Assembly: GCA_963703345.1 (NCBI GenBank)
Contig: OY969814.1
Coordinates: 1,504,001-1,568,000, forward strand
Origin: an uncultured Chloroflexia bacterium
Lineage (GTDB): Bacteria; Chloroflexota; Dehalococcoidia; DSTF01; JALHUB01
Length of the DNA stretch: 64,000 bases
Direction of reading: 5' to 3'
Shown here: positions 11,946 to 23,827 of the stretch, in pieces
How positions within the stretch are numbered: the stretch's first letter is position 1
Layout: the number at the start of each line of letters is the position of its first letter
Made by a program: the position numbers and the translations under genes
Notes under the pieces: model-generated
Databases searched by the model: none
What the model was told of the DNA's origin: nothing
The model's input: only the letters and a program-made list of their open reading frames with translations

Positions 11946-12512
11946 ATAGTTCGCGAACTCCGTATCAATGAGGCCATAAGGGCCCCAGAAGTACTCGTAA
12001 TCGGAGCGAACGGCGAAAAACTGGGCGTTATGCCTGTCGCCCGCGCGCTCGAGATCGCCCGCGAGCAGGACTCCGACCTGGTGGAGGTCGCCCCGAACGT
12101 GCGGCCCCCCGTCTGCCGCGTCCTCGACTACGGCAAGTTCAAGTACGAGCAGGCCCGGCGAGAGCGCGAAGCGCGCAAGCACCAGCGACAGGTCGTCACC
12201 CGCCAGGTGCGCTTCCGGCCCAAGATCACGCCGCACGATATGGAACTGAAGGCGCGCGTGACCGAGAAGCTCCTGAAAGAGGGCGACAAGGTCAAGGTAT
12301 CGGTGATGTTTCGCGGTCGGGAGGTCACCTACCCGGAGCTGGGCAGGAACCTTCTCGATCAGATTTATGAGCACGTCAGGGAGATAGCCGCTCTCGAGAA
12401 GCCGGCCTCCCTTGAGGGGCGCTTCATGACGATGATCCTGGCGCCGGTTGCTTTCAAGCAGCCCAAGCCGCACGAAAACCATCCGCCCACGGAGGCGGTC
12501 GCGGAGCAGTAG
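11946..12512 (+). CDS. infC: translation initiation factor IF-3 (probable ATA start)
   Basis: RINEAI, DLVEVAP..PPVCRVLDYGKFKYE; GAGG 8 nt upstream of an in-frame ATA. Confidence 0.93.
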   Translation: MVRELRINEAIRAPEVLVIGANGEKLGVMPVARALEIAREQDSDLVEVAPNVRPPVCRVLDYGKFKYEQARREREARKHQRQVVTRQVRFRPKITPHDMELKARVTEKLLKEGDKVKVSVMFRGREVTYPELGRNLLDQIYEHVREIAALEKPASLEGRFMTMILAPVAFKQPKPHENHPPTEAVAEQ

Positions 12513-12513
12513 A

Positions 12514-12714
12514 TTGCCGAAGATGAAGACGCACAAGGGCGCCAAACGACGCTTCCACATAACCGGAACCGGCAAGATCATGCGCCGCAAGGGCAACATC
12601 AGCCACTTCCGCCGTCGCAAGGCCAACCGCAGCAAGGGCGACATCAGCGGCAAGCTGCCCGTCGCTAACGCCTTCAAGAAGACTATGCGCAAGCTCCTGC
12701 CCTACGGGAGATAG
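12514..12714 (+). CDS. rpmI: 50S ribosomal protein L35
   Basis: PKMKTHKGAKRRF..TGTGK; position between infC and rplT. Confidence 0.95.
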   Translation: MPKMKTHKGAKRRFHITGTGKIMRRKGNISHFRRRKANRSKGDISGKLPVANAFKKTMRKLLPYGR

Positions 12715-12732
12715 CGCGGAAGAGGATAGGCT

Positions 12733-13095
12733 GTGACCAGAGTCAAGCGGGGCGTCACCGCCCACCACCGGCACAAGAAGATAATCTCGATGGCCCAGGG
12801 CCACCGCGGCCAGCGCCATCGCATCTTCCGTCGCGCCAACGAGTCCGTCCTCCACGCCCTCGACTACGCCTACCGCGACCGTCGCGACCGCAAGGGCCAG
12901 TTCCGACGCCTCTGGATCCAGCGCATCAACGCCGCTGCGCGGGCGGAAGGCATCACCTACGGCCGCTTCATCGAAGGCTTGAGCAAGGCCGGTGTCGAAG
13001 TGGACCGCAAGATGCTCGCCGACCTGGCCGTCCGCGACGCCCCCGTCTTCGCCGCCCTCGTCGGCACCGCCAAGAGCGCCCTCGCCGCTTCTTAG
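12733..13095 (+). CDS. rplT: 50S ribosomal protein L20
   Basis: [35 protein letters not shown]. Confidence 0.97.
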   Translation: MTRVKRGVTAHHRHKKIISMAQGHRGQRHRIFRRANESVLHALDYAYRDRRDRKGQFRRLWIQRINAAARAEGITYGRFIEGLSKAGVEVDRKMLADLAVRDAPVFAALVGTAKSALAAS

Positions 13096-13120
13096 CGCTC
13101 CGCTCCCCGCGACCTCAGAC

Positions 13121-13157
13121 AAAACTGGGCCCCAGCTTTCAGGCTGGGGTCTCGTTC
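13121..13157. terminator. probable bidirectional terminator between rplT and pheT
   Basis: aaaac-tgggccccagc-tttcag-gctggggtct-cgtt. Confidence 0.6.
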
Positions 13158-13186
13158 TCTCCTAAACCGAAGGGCTAGGGGTCGGC

Positions 13187-15586
13187 TCAACTTCGCAGCG
13201 ACGCGCCGACCTCGTGCTTCAGCCGCTCCACAATCCCCCGCTGCGCCCGCGCTACCTCCTCGTCGGTCAGCGTGTGCTCCGACGACTGGTACGTAATCGA
13301 GAACGCCAGCGATTTCTTTCCCGCGCCTACCTGCTCGCCCGTGTAGTAGTCGAACAGGCGCACCTCCCGCACCATCGGCGCCTTCCGGATGATCGAGGCG
13401 ATGCGCTGTGCCGGCACGTCCTCGCTCACGATCAGCGCGATGTCCTGCACCACCGGCGGGAAGCGCGGCACAGCCTCGTAGCGACGCGGCCCGGCGACGG
13501 ACGGCAGTAGCCTGTCGAGCACGACCTCAAACACATACGCCTCGCCCTCGACGTCGAAGCCGGCGGCAACGCGCGGCTCCACCTGGCCGATGATCGCGAC
13601 CCGCTCTCCCTGCACGCGCACCTCGCCCGATCGTCCGCGGCTCATGCCGAAGACGTCCGTCTCCACGAACTCCGCCTCGATGCCCAGCCCGCCGAGCAGC
13701 GCCTCCAGGTAGCCCTTGGCATCGTAGAAGTCCACCGACTCCGCCGCCGGATGGCCCCAGCGGTCCTCGCGCCGCCCGCCGATCGCTGCTGTCAGGTGCT
13801 CCTCCTCCAGCGGCAGCTCCGGCCCCCGGGGGAGGTAGACGCGCGCCGCTTCAAAGAGGGCCATCTCACCCTTGTCGTAGCGCAGGTTGCCCGCCAGGCT
13901 TTGGAGCAGGCTCGCCCGCAGCGTCGTTCGGAGGTACTCGTGCTGGCTGCTTAGGCTGTTGACGACCCGCAACGGCGGCTGCTCGGCGAGAAGCTCCGGC
14001 GGCACGACCTGTTGGAGCGAGTCCAGCGTAGTCAGCGAGTAGTTGATGACCTCCTGCATGCCGGATGCGGCAGCCAGGTCGCGGGCGCGCTCCCGCAGCT
14101 CCCGCAGCGGCTGCGGAATGAACGACGGCACTTCGCCGCGGAGGTTCGTCATCGGCAGCTCATCGTAGCCGACCATGCGCGCCACTTCCTCCGCCACGTC
14201 GTCGGCGATGCGCGCGTCCATGCGCCAGTACGGCACGTCGACGACGTAGTCGCCGTCGCCGGCGCGGCAGCCGAACTGCAACCCTTCGAGGACGCCACAC
14301 ACTTTGTCGGGCGACAGGTCGAGCCCGAGGATCATCTGCAGGCGCTTCCGCGGCACCCGAATCGCGACCGGTCCCGCCTTCCGCGGGTAGGCGTCGACGA
14401 CGCCGGAGGCTGCGCGCCCGCCGGCCAGCTCCACCATTAGCTTCGTCGCGCGCCTGGCAGCAACTATCGATAGCTCTGGGCTCAGCCCCTTCTCGAACCG
14501 GCTCGACGCCTCACTGCGCGCCTTCAGCCGGACGCTGGTGTGCCGGATGCTCGCCGCGTTGAAGTTCGCTGACTCCAGCAGCACAGTGCGCGTATCGTCT
14601 CCCACCTCGCTGTTGGCGCCGCCCATCACGCCCGCCAGTGCGACGGCCCCCTGGGCGTCGGCGATGACGAGCATGTCCGGCGAAAGCTCATGGTCGACGC
14701 CGTCGAGCGTCCTCAACTTCTCATCGGCGCGCGCCCGGCGCACGATGATCTTGCCGCCGCGCAGGAGGCTGAAGTCGAACGCGTGCAACGGCTGGCCGAG
14801 CTCCAGCATGACATAATTCGTGATGTCGACGATGTTGCTGATCGGCCGCATGCCCGCCGCGATGAGCCGCTCCTGCATCCAGGGCGGCGATTGACCCAGC
14901 CGCACGTCCTCCACCAGCGTCGCGACATAGCGCGAGCAGAGGTCATCGTCCGCTATCTCCACGCTCACCCGCTCGCCGATGGGGCCGCCCGCCTCGTCGT
15001 AGGAGCCGTTCGGGTAGCGGACGGTCTTTCCCGTCAGCGCCGCCACCTCGCGCGCAATGCCCACCATCGACAGGCAGTCGCCGCGGTTCGGCGTCACCGC
15101 GATGTCGAAGATGGTGTCGCCCATATACTGCTGGAGGGGCATGCCGACCGGCGCGTCCGCGTCCAGCTCCAGAATGCCGACGTGCTCGTCGGAGATGCCC
15201 AGCTCGCGCTCCGAGAGCACCATTCCCGCCGACTCGACGCCGCGGATCGTCGCCGGCGTCAGCGTGACAGCTTCGCGCGTCTGCGGGTTCGTGATGTGGG
15301 CGCCGACGCGTCCGAAGGCGATCTTCTGCCCCGCCGCGACGTTCGGCGCGCCGCAGACGACCGTTATCTGCTCGCCGCCGAGGTCGACGGTCGCCAGCTT
15401 GAGGCGGTCCGCGTTGGGATGCGGCTCGACTTTGACGACGAGCCCGACGGAGATGCCCTCCCAATCGCCGCCCGTGCTCTCGATGCGGTCGACGCCGAGG
15501 CCGGCCATCGTCAGACGGTGGGCCAGCTCCTTCGGCGGCAAATCGATATCGACGTAGTCGCTCAGCCAGCGGAACGATACTCTCAT
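13187..15586 (-). CDS. pheT: phenylalanine-tRNA ligase beta subunit
   Basis: HPNADRL, VCGAPNV, TPNRGDCLS, GQPLHAFD, FDX-ACB C-terminus. Confidence 0.97.
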   Translation of the reverse strand: MRVSFRWLSDYVDIDLPPKELAHRLTMAGLGVDRIESTGGDWEGISVGLVVKVEPHPNADRLKLATVDLGGEQITVVCGAPNVAAGQKIAFGRVGAHITNPQTREAVTLTPATIRGVESAGMVLSERELGISDEHVGILELDADAPVGMPLQQYMGDTIFDIAVTPNRGDCLSMVGIAREVAALTGKTVRYPNGSYDEAGGPIGERVSVEIADDDLCSRYVATLVEDVRLGQSPPWMQERLIAAGMRPISNIVDITNYVMLELGQPLHAFDFSLLRGGKIIVRRARADEKLRTLDGVDHELSPDMLVIADAQGAVALAGVMGGANSEVGDDTRTVLLESANFNAASIRHTSVRLKARSEASSRFEKGLSPELSIVAARRATKLMVELAGGRAASGVVDAYPRKAGPVAIRVPRKRLQMILGLDLSPDKVCGVLEGLQFGCRAGDGDYVVDVPYWRMDARIADDVAEEVARMVGYDELPMTNLRGEVPSFIPQPLRELRERARDLAAASGMQEVINYSLTTLDSLQQVVPPELLAEQPPLRVVNSLSSQHEYLRTTLRASLLQSLAGNLRYDKGEMALFEAARVYLPRGPELPLEEEHLTAAIGGRREDRWGHPAAESVDFYDAKGYLEALLGGLGIEAEFVETDVFGMSRGRSGEVRVQGERVAIIGQVEPRVAAGFDVEGEAYVFEVVLDRLLPSVAGPRRYEAVPRFPPVVQDIALIVSEDVPAQRIASIIRKAPMVREVRLFDYYTGEQVGAGKKSLAFSITYQSSEHTLTDEEVARAQRGIVERLKHEVGASLRS

Positions 15587-15593
15587 TCCGGCC

Positions 15594-16643
15594 TCAGAAC
15601 TGCTTCAAGAAACGCAGGTCGTTCGCGTAGAACAGCCGTATGTCTTCGATGCCGTGCCGCAGCATGCAGATCCGCTCGATCCCCATGCCGGCGGCGAAAC
15701 CGGTGTAGCGGTCGGCGTCGTAGCCCATGTTCGACAGGATCTCCGGGTGTACCATGCCGGAGCCCAGTATCTCGATCCAGCCTTCGCCGCCGCACGTCCG
15801 GCAGCCGCCGCCGCCGCAGATCATGCAGTCGATGGCCATCTCCGCGCCCGGCTCGACGAACGGGAAGTAGTCGCAGCGAAAGCGTACCTTGCGCTCCTGG
15901 CCGAAGAGTCGCTTGGCGAACTCGAACAGCGTGCCCTTCAGGTCCGACATGCTGATCCCCTCGTCGACCGCCAGCACTTCGACCTGCGTCTGCATCCACT
16001 CGTGCGTAGGGTCCGTCGCCTCGTTGCGATAGCAGCGACCCGGCGAGACGATGCGGATCGGCGGGCGCGTCTTCTCCATCACCCGCACCTGGTTCGGCGA
16101 CGTGTGCGTGCGCATAACCACGTCGTACTCGCCGTCGTGCGGGATATCGACGTAGAGCGTGTCCATCGTGTCGCGGGCGGGATGGTCCTTGGGGATGCGC
16201 AGCGCCTCGAAGTTGTAGTAGTCGGACTCCACCTCCGGCCCTTCGACGACCGAGAAGCCCATCGAGACGAAGGCGGCAAGAACGTCGCGCAACGTCTGCG
16301 TTACCGGGTGCAGGCCGCCGATCTTCTTCGGGCGACCCGGCAGCGTCACGTCCAGGCGGCCCGCAGTCGTCGCTTCCAGCCGCTCCGCCTCGACCTCCGC
16401 GCGTCTTGCCTCCAGCGCCTCCTCCAGCGCCTGCTTGAGCCGGTTGGCGACCGCGCCGGCGTTACGTCGTTCCTCGGCGGGAAGTTCGATGAGTCCGCGT
16501 AGCAGACCCGTCAGGCGCCCCTTGCGCCCGAGAAACGTCACGCGCCACGCCTCCAGCGACGCCTCGTCACCGGCGGCGGCAAGAGCGCTGCGGGCCTGCT
16601 CTTCGACCTGTTTCAGCTCATCGATCATGGCAGTCAAGGGCAT
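15594..16643 (-). CDS. pheS: phenylalanine-tRNA ligase alpha subunit
   Basis: HPARDTMDT, RTHTSP, YFPFVEP, GWIEILGSGMVHP, NDLRFL. Confidence 0.97.
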   Translation of the reverse strand: MPLTAMIDELKQVEEQARSALAAAGDEASLEAWRVTFLGRKGRLTGLLRGLIELPAEERRNAGAVANRLKQALEEALEARRAEVEAERLEATTAGRLDVTLPGRPKKIGGLHPVTQTLRDVLAAFVSMGFSVVEGPEVESDYYNFEALRIPKDHPARDTMDTLYVDIPHDGEYDVVMRTHTSPNQVRVMEKTRPPIRIVSPGRCYRNEATDPTHEWMQTQVEVLAVDEGISMSDLKGTLFEFAKRLFGQERKVRFRCDYFPFVEPGAEMAIDCMICGGGGCRTCGGEGWIEILGSGMVHPEILSNMGYDADRYTGFAAGMGIERICMLRHGIEDIRLFYANDLRFLKQF

Positions 16644-16706
16644 GCCTCCACCTACCTGAGGAGAATTGGCGAAATGCCGGGGTGGAAGCTGCGCGCTATC
16701 GAGGCT

Positions 16707-16735
16707 ATTATGAAGACGCGTATTTGCTGGGTCAA
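16707..16735 (-). promoter_or_regulatory. sigma70 promoter of pheST
   Basis: TTGACC-17nt-CATAAT on the minus strand. Confidence 0.65.
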
Positions 16736-16808
16736 CAGCCGATACTTCAGGGGCGAAGCTGGCTAGGCGTGGCCTTTAGGACCGGCGCATTGTAAGATCG
16801 ATGTGCAA

Positions 16809-16885
<77 letters not shown>

Positions 16886-16902
16886 GTGAAGGATCGCTGG
16901 TC

Positions 16903-16987
16903 GGGGAAGTGTCGGAACTGGCAGACGAGCATGATTTAGGATCATGTGCCGAAAGGCGTAGGGGTTCGAGTCCCCTCTTCCCCACCA
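16903..16987 (+). tRNA. tRNA-Leu(TAG)
   Basis: ggggaag/cttcccc acceptor stem, catga-tttagga-tcatg anticodon arm, long variable arm gccgaaaggc, encoded CCA. Confidence 0.95.
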
Positions 16988-17081
16988 GATTAGCGACAGG
17001 ACCGGGCCTCCAGTGGCGCACGATGCCGCCGGCTCCGCCCGCACGGCAGGCATCAGGTAGCGAGGGACGAAGAGACCTCCA

Positions 17082-18071
17082 ATGGCAACTCTGCTGGAGG
17101 TGAAAAACCTAAGAACGCACTTCTTCACCGACGACGGCATCGTCAAGGCGGTGGACGGCGTCAGCTACGACCTGGACGAGGGCGAGACCATCGGCCTGGT
17201 CGGCGAAAGCGGCTGCGGCAAGAGCGTCAGCGCCCTCTCCCTCCTGCGACTCATCCCAACGCCGCCCGGCCGCATCCTCGACGGCGAGGTCTGGTTCGAA
17301 GGCAGGGACCTCCTGAAGCTCAGCGAAAACGAGATCCGCCACGTCCGCGGCAATCGCATCGCTATGATCTTCCAGGAGCCGATGACCTCCCTCAATCCCG
17401 TCCTCACCATCGGCCGCCAGATTACCGAGACGCTGGAGCTCCACATGCACATGGACGGGTCCAGCGCGACCCGGCGCGCCGTCGAGCTGCTGGAGATGGT
17501 CGGAATTCCGTCCGCCGCCTCGCGTATCAAGGACTACCCGCACCAGTTCTCCGGCGGCATGCGACAGCGCGTCATGATCGCTATGGCGCTCTCCTGCAAC
17601 CCCAGGCTCCTCCTCGCCGATGAGCCAACGACGGCGCTGGACGTGACCATCCAGGCGCAGATCCTGGAGATACTTGCCAGCCTGAGCCGGGACTTCGGGA
17701 CGGCCGTCATCATCATCACCCACAACCTGGGCGTGATTGCCCGCTATGCCAGCCGCGTGAACGTCATGTACGCTGGCAAGATCGTCGAGTCCTCCACCTC
17801 GCGCGAGGTCTACGGCAATCCCAGGCATCCCTACACGCTGGGGCTGCTGAAATCGGTGCCGCGGCTCGACCAGGCGCGACGGAGCAAGCTGAATCCCATC
17901 GAGGGCTTTCCGCCCGACCTTGTGCACATGCCGTCGGGCTGCAGCTTCTACCCGCGCTGCGGCTATCGCGACGAGAGGTGCCGCGCCGAAGAGCCACCGC
18001 TTATGCTCGTTGGCGAGAAGCACTACTCGGCCTGCTGGCACGCCGCTGAAGTCGAAAAGGCCGCGGTATGA
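17082..18071 (+). CDS. oligopeptide/dipeptide ABC transporter ATPase (OppD/DppD type)
   Basis: [33 protein letters not shown]. Confidence 0.93.
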   Translation: MATLLEVKNLRTHFFTDDGIVKAVDGVSYDLDEGETIGLVGESGCGKSVSALSLLRLIPTPPGRILDGEVWFEGRDLLKLSENEIRHVRGNRIAMIFQEPMTSLNPVLTIGRQITETLELHMHMDGSSATRRAVELLEMVGIPSAASRIKDYPHQFSGGMRQRVMIAMALSCNPRLLLADEPTTALDVTIQAQILEILASLSRDFGTAVIIITHNLGVIARYASRVNVMYAGKIVESSTSREVYGNPRHPYTLGLLKSVPRLDQARRSKLNPIEGFPPDLVHMPSGCSFYPRCGYRDERCRAEEPPLMLVGEKHYSACWHAAEVEKAAV

Positions 18072-19090
18072 CGACTGAGCCTGACACCATCGTCGACAGC
18101 GCAGCGACGAGGAGCAGCGACGAAGTCCTCATCGACGTTCGCGGCCTGAAGATGTATTTCCCCGTTACCGCGGGTATCATCTTTCAGCGCAAGATCGCCG
18201 ACGTTAAAGCGGTCGACGGCATCACCTTCTCCATCCAACGAGGCGAAACGCTGGGGCTCGTCGGCGAGAGCGGCTGCGGCAAGACGACGGCCGGCCGCGC
18301 CATCCTTCAGCTCTACCGGCCTACCGCCGGCCAGGTGCTCTTCGACGGACGCGACCTCTGCTGCATCAAGGGGAACGAGCTTCGCCTCGTCCGGCGCAAG
18401 ATGCAGATGATTTTCCAGGACCCCTATGCGTCCCTGAATCCCCGTATGAGCGTCGGCAGCATCATCGGCGAGCCGCTGGCGATCCACAAGCTCGCCTCCG
18501 GCAAGCGGCGCCGCGAGCGCGTCCAGGAGCTGATGCGCATCGTCGGCCTGAACCCGTATTACGCCAACCGCTATCCGCACGAGTTCAGCGGCGGCCAGCG
18601 ACAGCGCATCGGCGTGGCGCGGGCGCTCGCCGTTGAGCCCGACTTCATCGTTTGCGACGAGCCGGTGTCCGCGCTGGACGTCTCCATCCAGGCGCAGATC
18701 ATCAACCTGCTGCAGGACCTCCAGGAGCGGTTCCGCCTGACGTACCTCTTCATCGCTCACGACCTCTCCGTCGTGCGGCACATAAGCGACCGCGTGGCGG
18801 TCATGTACCTGGGAAAGCTGATGGAGATGGCGGACCGGCTGGAGCTGTATGAGAACCCGCTGCACCCCTACACGAAAGCGCTGCTGTCCGCGGTGCCGAT
18901 TCCGGACCCGAAGATAGAGGCGACGCGGGAGCGGATCATCCTCCACGGCGACGTCCCGAGCCCGATGTTCCCGCCGCCCGGTTGCGTCTTTCACACCCGC
19001 TGCCCGATTGCCGTCGGCGAGTGCAGCGAGCACGTCCCGGAATGGCGCGAAAAGTCGCCTGGCCACCGGGTCGCCTGCTGGCGTGTCTAG
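18068..19090 (+). CDS. oligopeptide/dipeptide ABC transporter ATPase (OppF/DppF type)
   Basis: [33 protein letters not shown]. Confidence 0.93.
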   Translation: MTTEPDTIVDSAATRSSDEVLIDVRGLKMYFPVTAGIIFQRKIADVKAVDGITFSIQRGETLGLVGESGCGKTTAGRAILQLYRPTAGQVLFDGRDLCCIKGNELRLVRRKMQMIFQDPYASLNPRMSVGSIIGEPLAIHKLASGKRRRERVQELMRIVGLNPYYANRYPHEFSGGQRQRIGVARALAVEPDFIVCDEPVSALDVSIQAQIINLLQDLQERFRLTYLFIAHDLSVVRHISDRVAVMYLGKLMEMADRLELYENPLHPYTKALLSAVPIPDPKIEATRERIILHGDVPSPMFPPPGCVFHTRCPIAVGECSEHVPEWREKSPGHRVACWRV

Positions 19091-19653
19091 GCGCTCCCGC
19101 AGGACCGAATATCGCCCTCCGTCGCTCGGTTCGCCTCTTCTGTCGGAGGTACTGTCTCTTCGACGAGTGCCTTGCGCATGAAGGTCACGTCGAACGGCAG
19201 CGCAGCGAACGAGGCGACGCGCGTGACCTCGAACCCCTGCCGCTCGTACCACCGCCGCAGCTCCGTCTGCGCGGCAATCGTCCCGATCTCGATGGCCCGC
19301 AAGCGGAGCCCGCGCGCTCTCGCGACGACGTGGTTCACCAGCGCCTCGCCGAAGCCGTTGCGACGGAGCGCCGGCAGCACCGCCAGCCGTTCCAGGTAGC
19401 ACACGTCGTCGCTGACGCGTTCCAGCGCGACGCAGCCTGCCGGGCCCTTCGCGGTCTGGAGTATGTAGTACTTGACGCCCTTGGCGAAGGCGGCCGTGAT
19501 CCACTCAGGCTGGCAGTTCGATGGGTGCGTCGGGCAGTTCTCCGGTGTCAGGCCGAAACGCTGAGCGACGTCGGCGAACGCCCCGCGGATGAGCGACGCC
19601 AGCAGCTCAGCGTCGTCTTCCGATGCGTCGGTTATCACCTGGTCTACAGCCAT
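19087..19653 (-). CDS. GNAT N-acetyltransferase
   Basis: [21 protein letters not shown] acetyl-CoA motif, WYERQGF. Confidence 0.85.
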   Translation of the reverse strand: MAVDQVITDASEDDAELLASLIRGAFADVAQRFGLTPENCPTHPSNCQPEWITAAFAKGVKYYILQTAKGPAGCVALERVSDDVCYLERLAVLPALRRNGFGEALVNHVVARARGLRLRAIEIGTIAAQTELRRWYERQGFEVTRVASFAALPFDVTFMRKALVEETVPPTEEANRATEGDIRSCGSA

Positions 19654-19718
19654 GCAGCACCTCTACCCCCTTCCGCCAAATTGAACGCGCTGATCCCCTA
19701 TGCTACCATCGATTTGCC

Positions 19719-21544
<1,826 letters not shown>

Positions 21545-21548
<4 letters not shown>

Positions 21549-21585
21549 GGAGGGCCTGCCCGAACGGAGGGACTTTGGTCCTCCC
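21545..21585 (+). repeat. REP-like palindrome (GGAGGAC family variant)
   Basis: gtagggagggcc...ggagggactttggtcctccc. Confidence 0.55.
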
Positions 21586-21663
21586 GTGTCGAGAAGCGCT
21601 TCTGCGGGATGATGAATCCCGCAGCCTTCCCGGAAAGACGGTTGTTGGCAAAGGCTGAGGGTT

Positions 21664-22971
21664 TCAACCCTCAGATCGTTCCCCCCCCCCTTCCCGCCCC
21701 TGCCGATCGAGTTCCACCAACCCTTCTAGCGTCTGCCACACAGTTCTCGGCCCCTGGCCGCCGGCACCTATCGCGTTGTAGATAGAGTGCGCCTGTCGGA
21801 GATGCTCCTTCGCCTTTCCGAGCTCGCCGCGCTGGCCGTAGACGATCCCTAGGTTGCCCAGCGCGTCGGCCTGGCCCAAACGGTAGGCGATCTGCTCGGC
21901 TATCTCGAGGGCCTGCGTGTAGCGTTTCTCCGCCCGCTCTGACTGAGCGCGCTGGTGGTAGACATTGCCCAGGCCAAGTAGGTCTTGGGCCTGGCCCAAG
22001 CGGTTGCCGATCTCGCTGTCTATGTTCAGGGCTTGCTTATAGGCCTTTTCTGCCAGTTCCAACCGGCCGCGTTGGTAGTAGACGTTGCCCAGGCCAAGTA
22101 GGTCTTGGGCCTGGCCCAAGCGGTTGCCGTCCATATTCAGGGCCCGCTCGAGGTTCTTTTCCGCCTTCCCCAATTCGCCGCGCAGGATGTATACGCTCCC
22201 CAGGTTACCTAGGTTTTGGGCTTCGCCGTGGCGGTTGCTGATCTTCCTCTGTATCTTTAACGCCTTCTTGAAGTGCTCCTCCGCCTCGTGCAGCTTGCCC
22301 TGCCGGAGGTACACGCCGCCCAGGTTGCACAAAGCACCGGCCTCACCCAGGCGGTCTCCGGTCTCCCGGTGTATGGTCACCGCCTCCTTCTGGTGCTTCT
22401 CAGCCTTCCCCAACTCGCCGCGCGCGGCGTAGGTGATACCCAGGTTGCTCAGAACGACGGCACGAGCGGTCAACGCGTCTCTATCCGGCGAGATGCGCGC
22501 GGCGACCTTCAGTACCTCCTTGTAGTCTGCCTCCGCCTTGCCATAATCGCTGACGGACTCGTAGCTGTTGCCACGGAGGATGCGGAGGGCGGCCCGCTGG
22601 GAGTCCGTCTCGGCCAGCACCAGAGCCCTCGTGAAGCGGTCAATGGCGTCCCGGTGCTTGTCGGCGCTCTGGGCCTCGTAACCCTCAAGCTGGAGGATGC
22701 GGGCCTCCTGGTATGCGGCCCTGAGCTTCTCGTTGACCGCCTGCGGCAGGCCGTCCACCCACTCCGACCCACGGTCGAGCTTGTTCTCTAAGTCCTTGAT
22801 CTGCTGTGCGACAGCACCGATGTCCACTGTGGTGGCCGGTCGGGGCTTGCCACGGTTCAGCCACCAGCGCACAGGAAAGGTGATGATAGCCCAGATGATC
22901 GCAGCCGCTCCGATCAGAGTAGCAATGGCCAGGACGGTCGGGTCGTGAATGAAGTCGCTTAGCTGGTGCAT
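21664..22971 (-). CDS. tetratricopeptide repeat protein with N-terminal TM helix
   Basis: ~8 repeats of A..L.NLG.VY..RG....A. Confidence 0.85.
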   Translation of the reverse strand: MHQLSDFIHDPTVLAIATLIGAAAIIWAIITFPVRWWLNRGKPRPATTVDIGAVAQQIKDLENKLDRGSEWVDGLPQAVNEKLRAAYQEARILQLEGYEAQSADKHRDAIDRFTRALVLAETDSQRAALRILRGNSYESVSDYGKAEADYKEVLKVAARISPDRDALTARAVVLSNLGITYAARGELGKAEKHQKEAVTIHRETGDRLGEAGALCNLGGVYLRQGKLHEAEEHFKKALKIQRKISNRHGEAQNLGNLGSVYILRGELGKAEKNLERALNMDGNRLGQAQDLLGLGNVYYQRGRLELAEKAYKQALNIDSEIGNRLGQAQDLLGLGNVYHQRAQSERAEKRYTQALEIAEQIAYRLGQADALGNLGIVYGQRGELGKAKEHLRQAHSIYNAIGAGGQGPRTVWQTLEGLVELDRQGREGGGERSEG

Positions 22972-22977
22972 TTCGGG

Positions 22978-23778
22978 CTAGGCCGTTATCTCCTCGCCGC
23001 CGTCTACGCCGATGACGTTGCCCGTCATCCAGTACAGCCGCTCGTCGCACAGCGCCGCAATCGCTTGCGATACGTCCTCCACCGTCGTCGCCCGACCGCT
23101 CGGGTTCTGCGCCGCCGACCGCTTGTACAGCGCCAGCGCGCCCGCTATCTTCCGCATCGCCGGCGTGTCCGTTATGCCCGCGCGAATGGAGTTGACGGCG
23201 ATTCCCGACGGCGCCAGCTCGACCGCAAGCTGCCGCACGTGCGACTCCAGCGCCGCCTTCGCCGCCGATACCGGCCCGTAGTTCGGGATCACCCGCGTCG
23301 AGCCGGAGCTGGTCATCGCAAACACGCGGCTGCCGCGACGCATCAGCTTCAGCGCCACAAGCTCCTGCGCCCAGTACACCAGGCTGTTCGCCATCACGTC
23401 GAGCGTCATCTCCATCTGGCGCTGGCTCACGCGCTGCTTCGGCCCCTCGGCGATGTATGGGACAAGCGTCCCGAACGCCAGCGAGTGCATGAACACGCGC
23501 ACGAACCCGTCGGGCTGCTCGCGCAGCGTCTCCTGAATCGACGATAGGACGGCGGCGCGCTTTTCGGCGTCGGCGGCGTTCGTGTTGAAGAAGACCGCCC
23601 GCCGTCCCAGCGACTCGACTTGTGCCATGACCCGCTGCGCGTTGGGCAGCGTCGAGCGCAGGTCCAGGTGGACGCCGAAGACGTTCATGCCGCTGCGCGC
23701 CAGCTCGACAGCCGTCGCCGCGCCGAAGCCGCTGGAGGCGCCGAGGATGAGCGCCCACTCCTGACTTTCCTTAGTCAA
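22978..23778 (-). CDS. enoyl-ACP reductase-like SDR (FabL type)
   Basis: LGASSGFG, YGPVSAAKAALE (Y-x6-K), WMTGNVIGVDGG. Confidence 0.8.
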   Translation of the reverse strand: MTKESQEWALILGASSGFGAATAVELARSGMNVFGVHLDLRSTLPNAQRVMAQVESLGRRAVFFNTNAADAEKRAAVLSSIQETLREQPDGFVRVFMHSLAFGTLVPYIAEGPKQRVSQRQMEMTLDVMANSLVYWAQELVALKLMRRGSRVFAMTSSGSTRVIPNYGPVSAAKAALESHVRQLAVELAPSGIAVNSIRAGITDTPAMRKIAGALALYKRSAAQNPSGRATTVEDVSQAIAALCDERLYWMTGNVIGVDGGEEITA

Positions 23779-23827
23779 AGCAATGCCTCCTTGTTGCTGA
23801 GATGGCCGGCGATTGGAAGAAGAAGGT

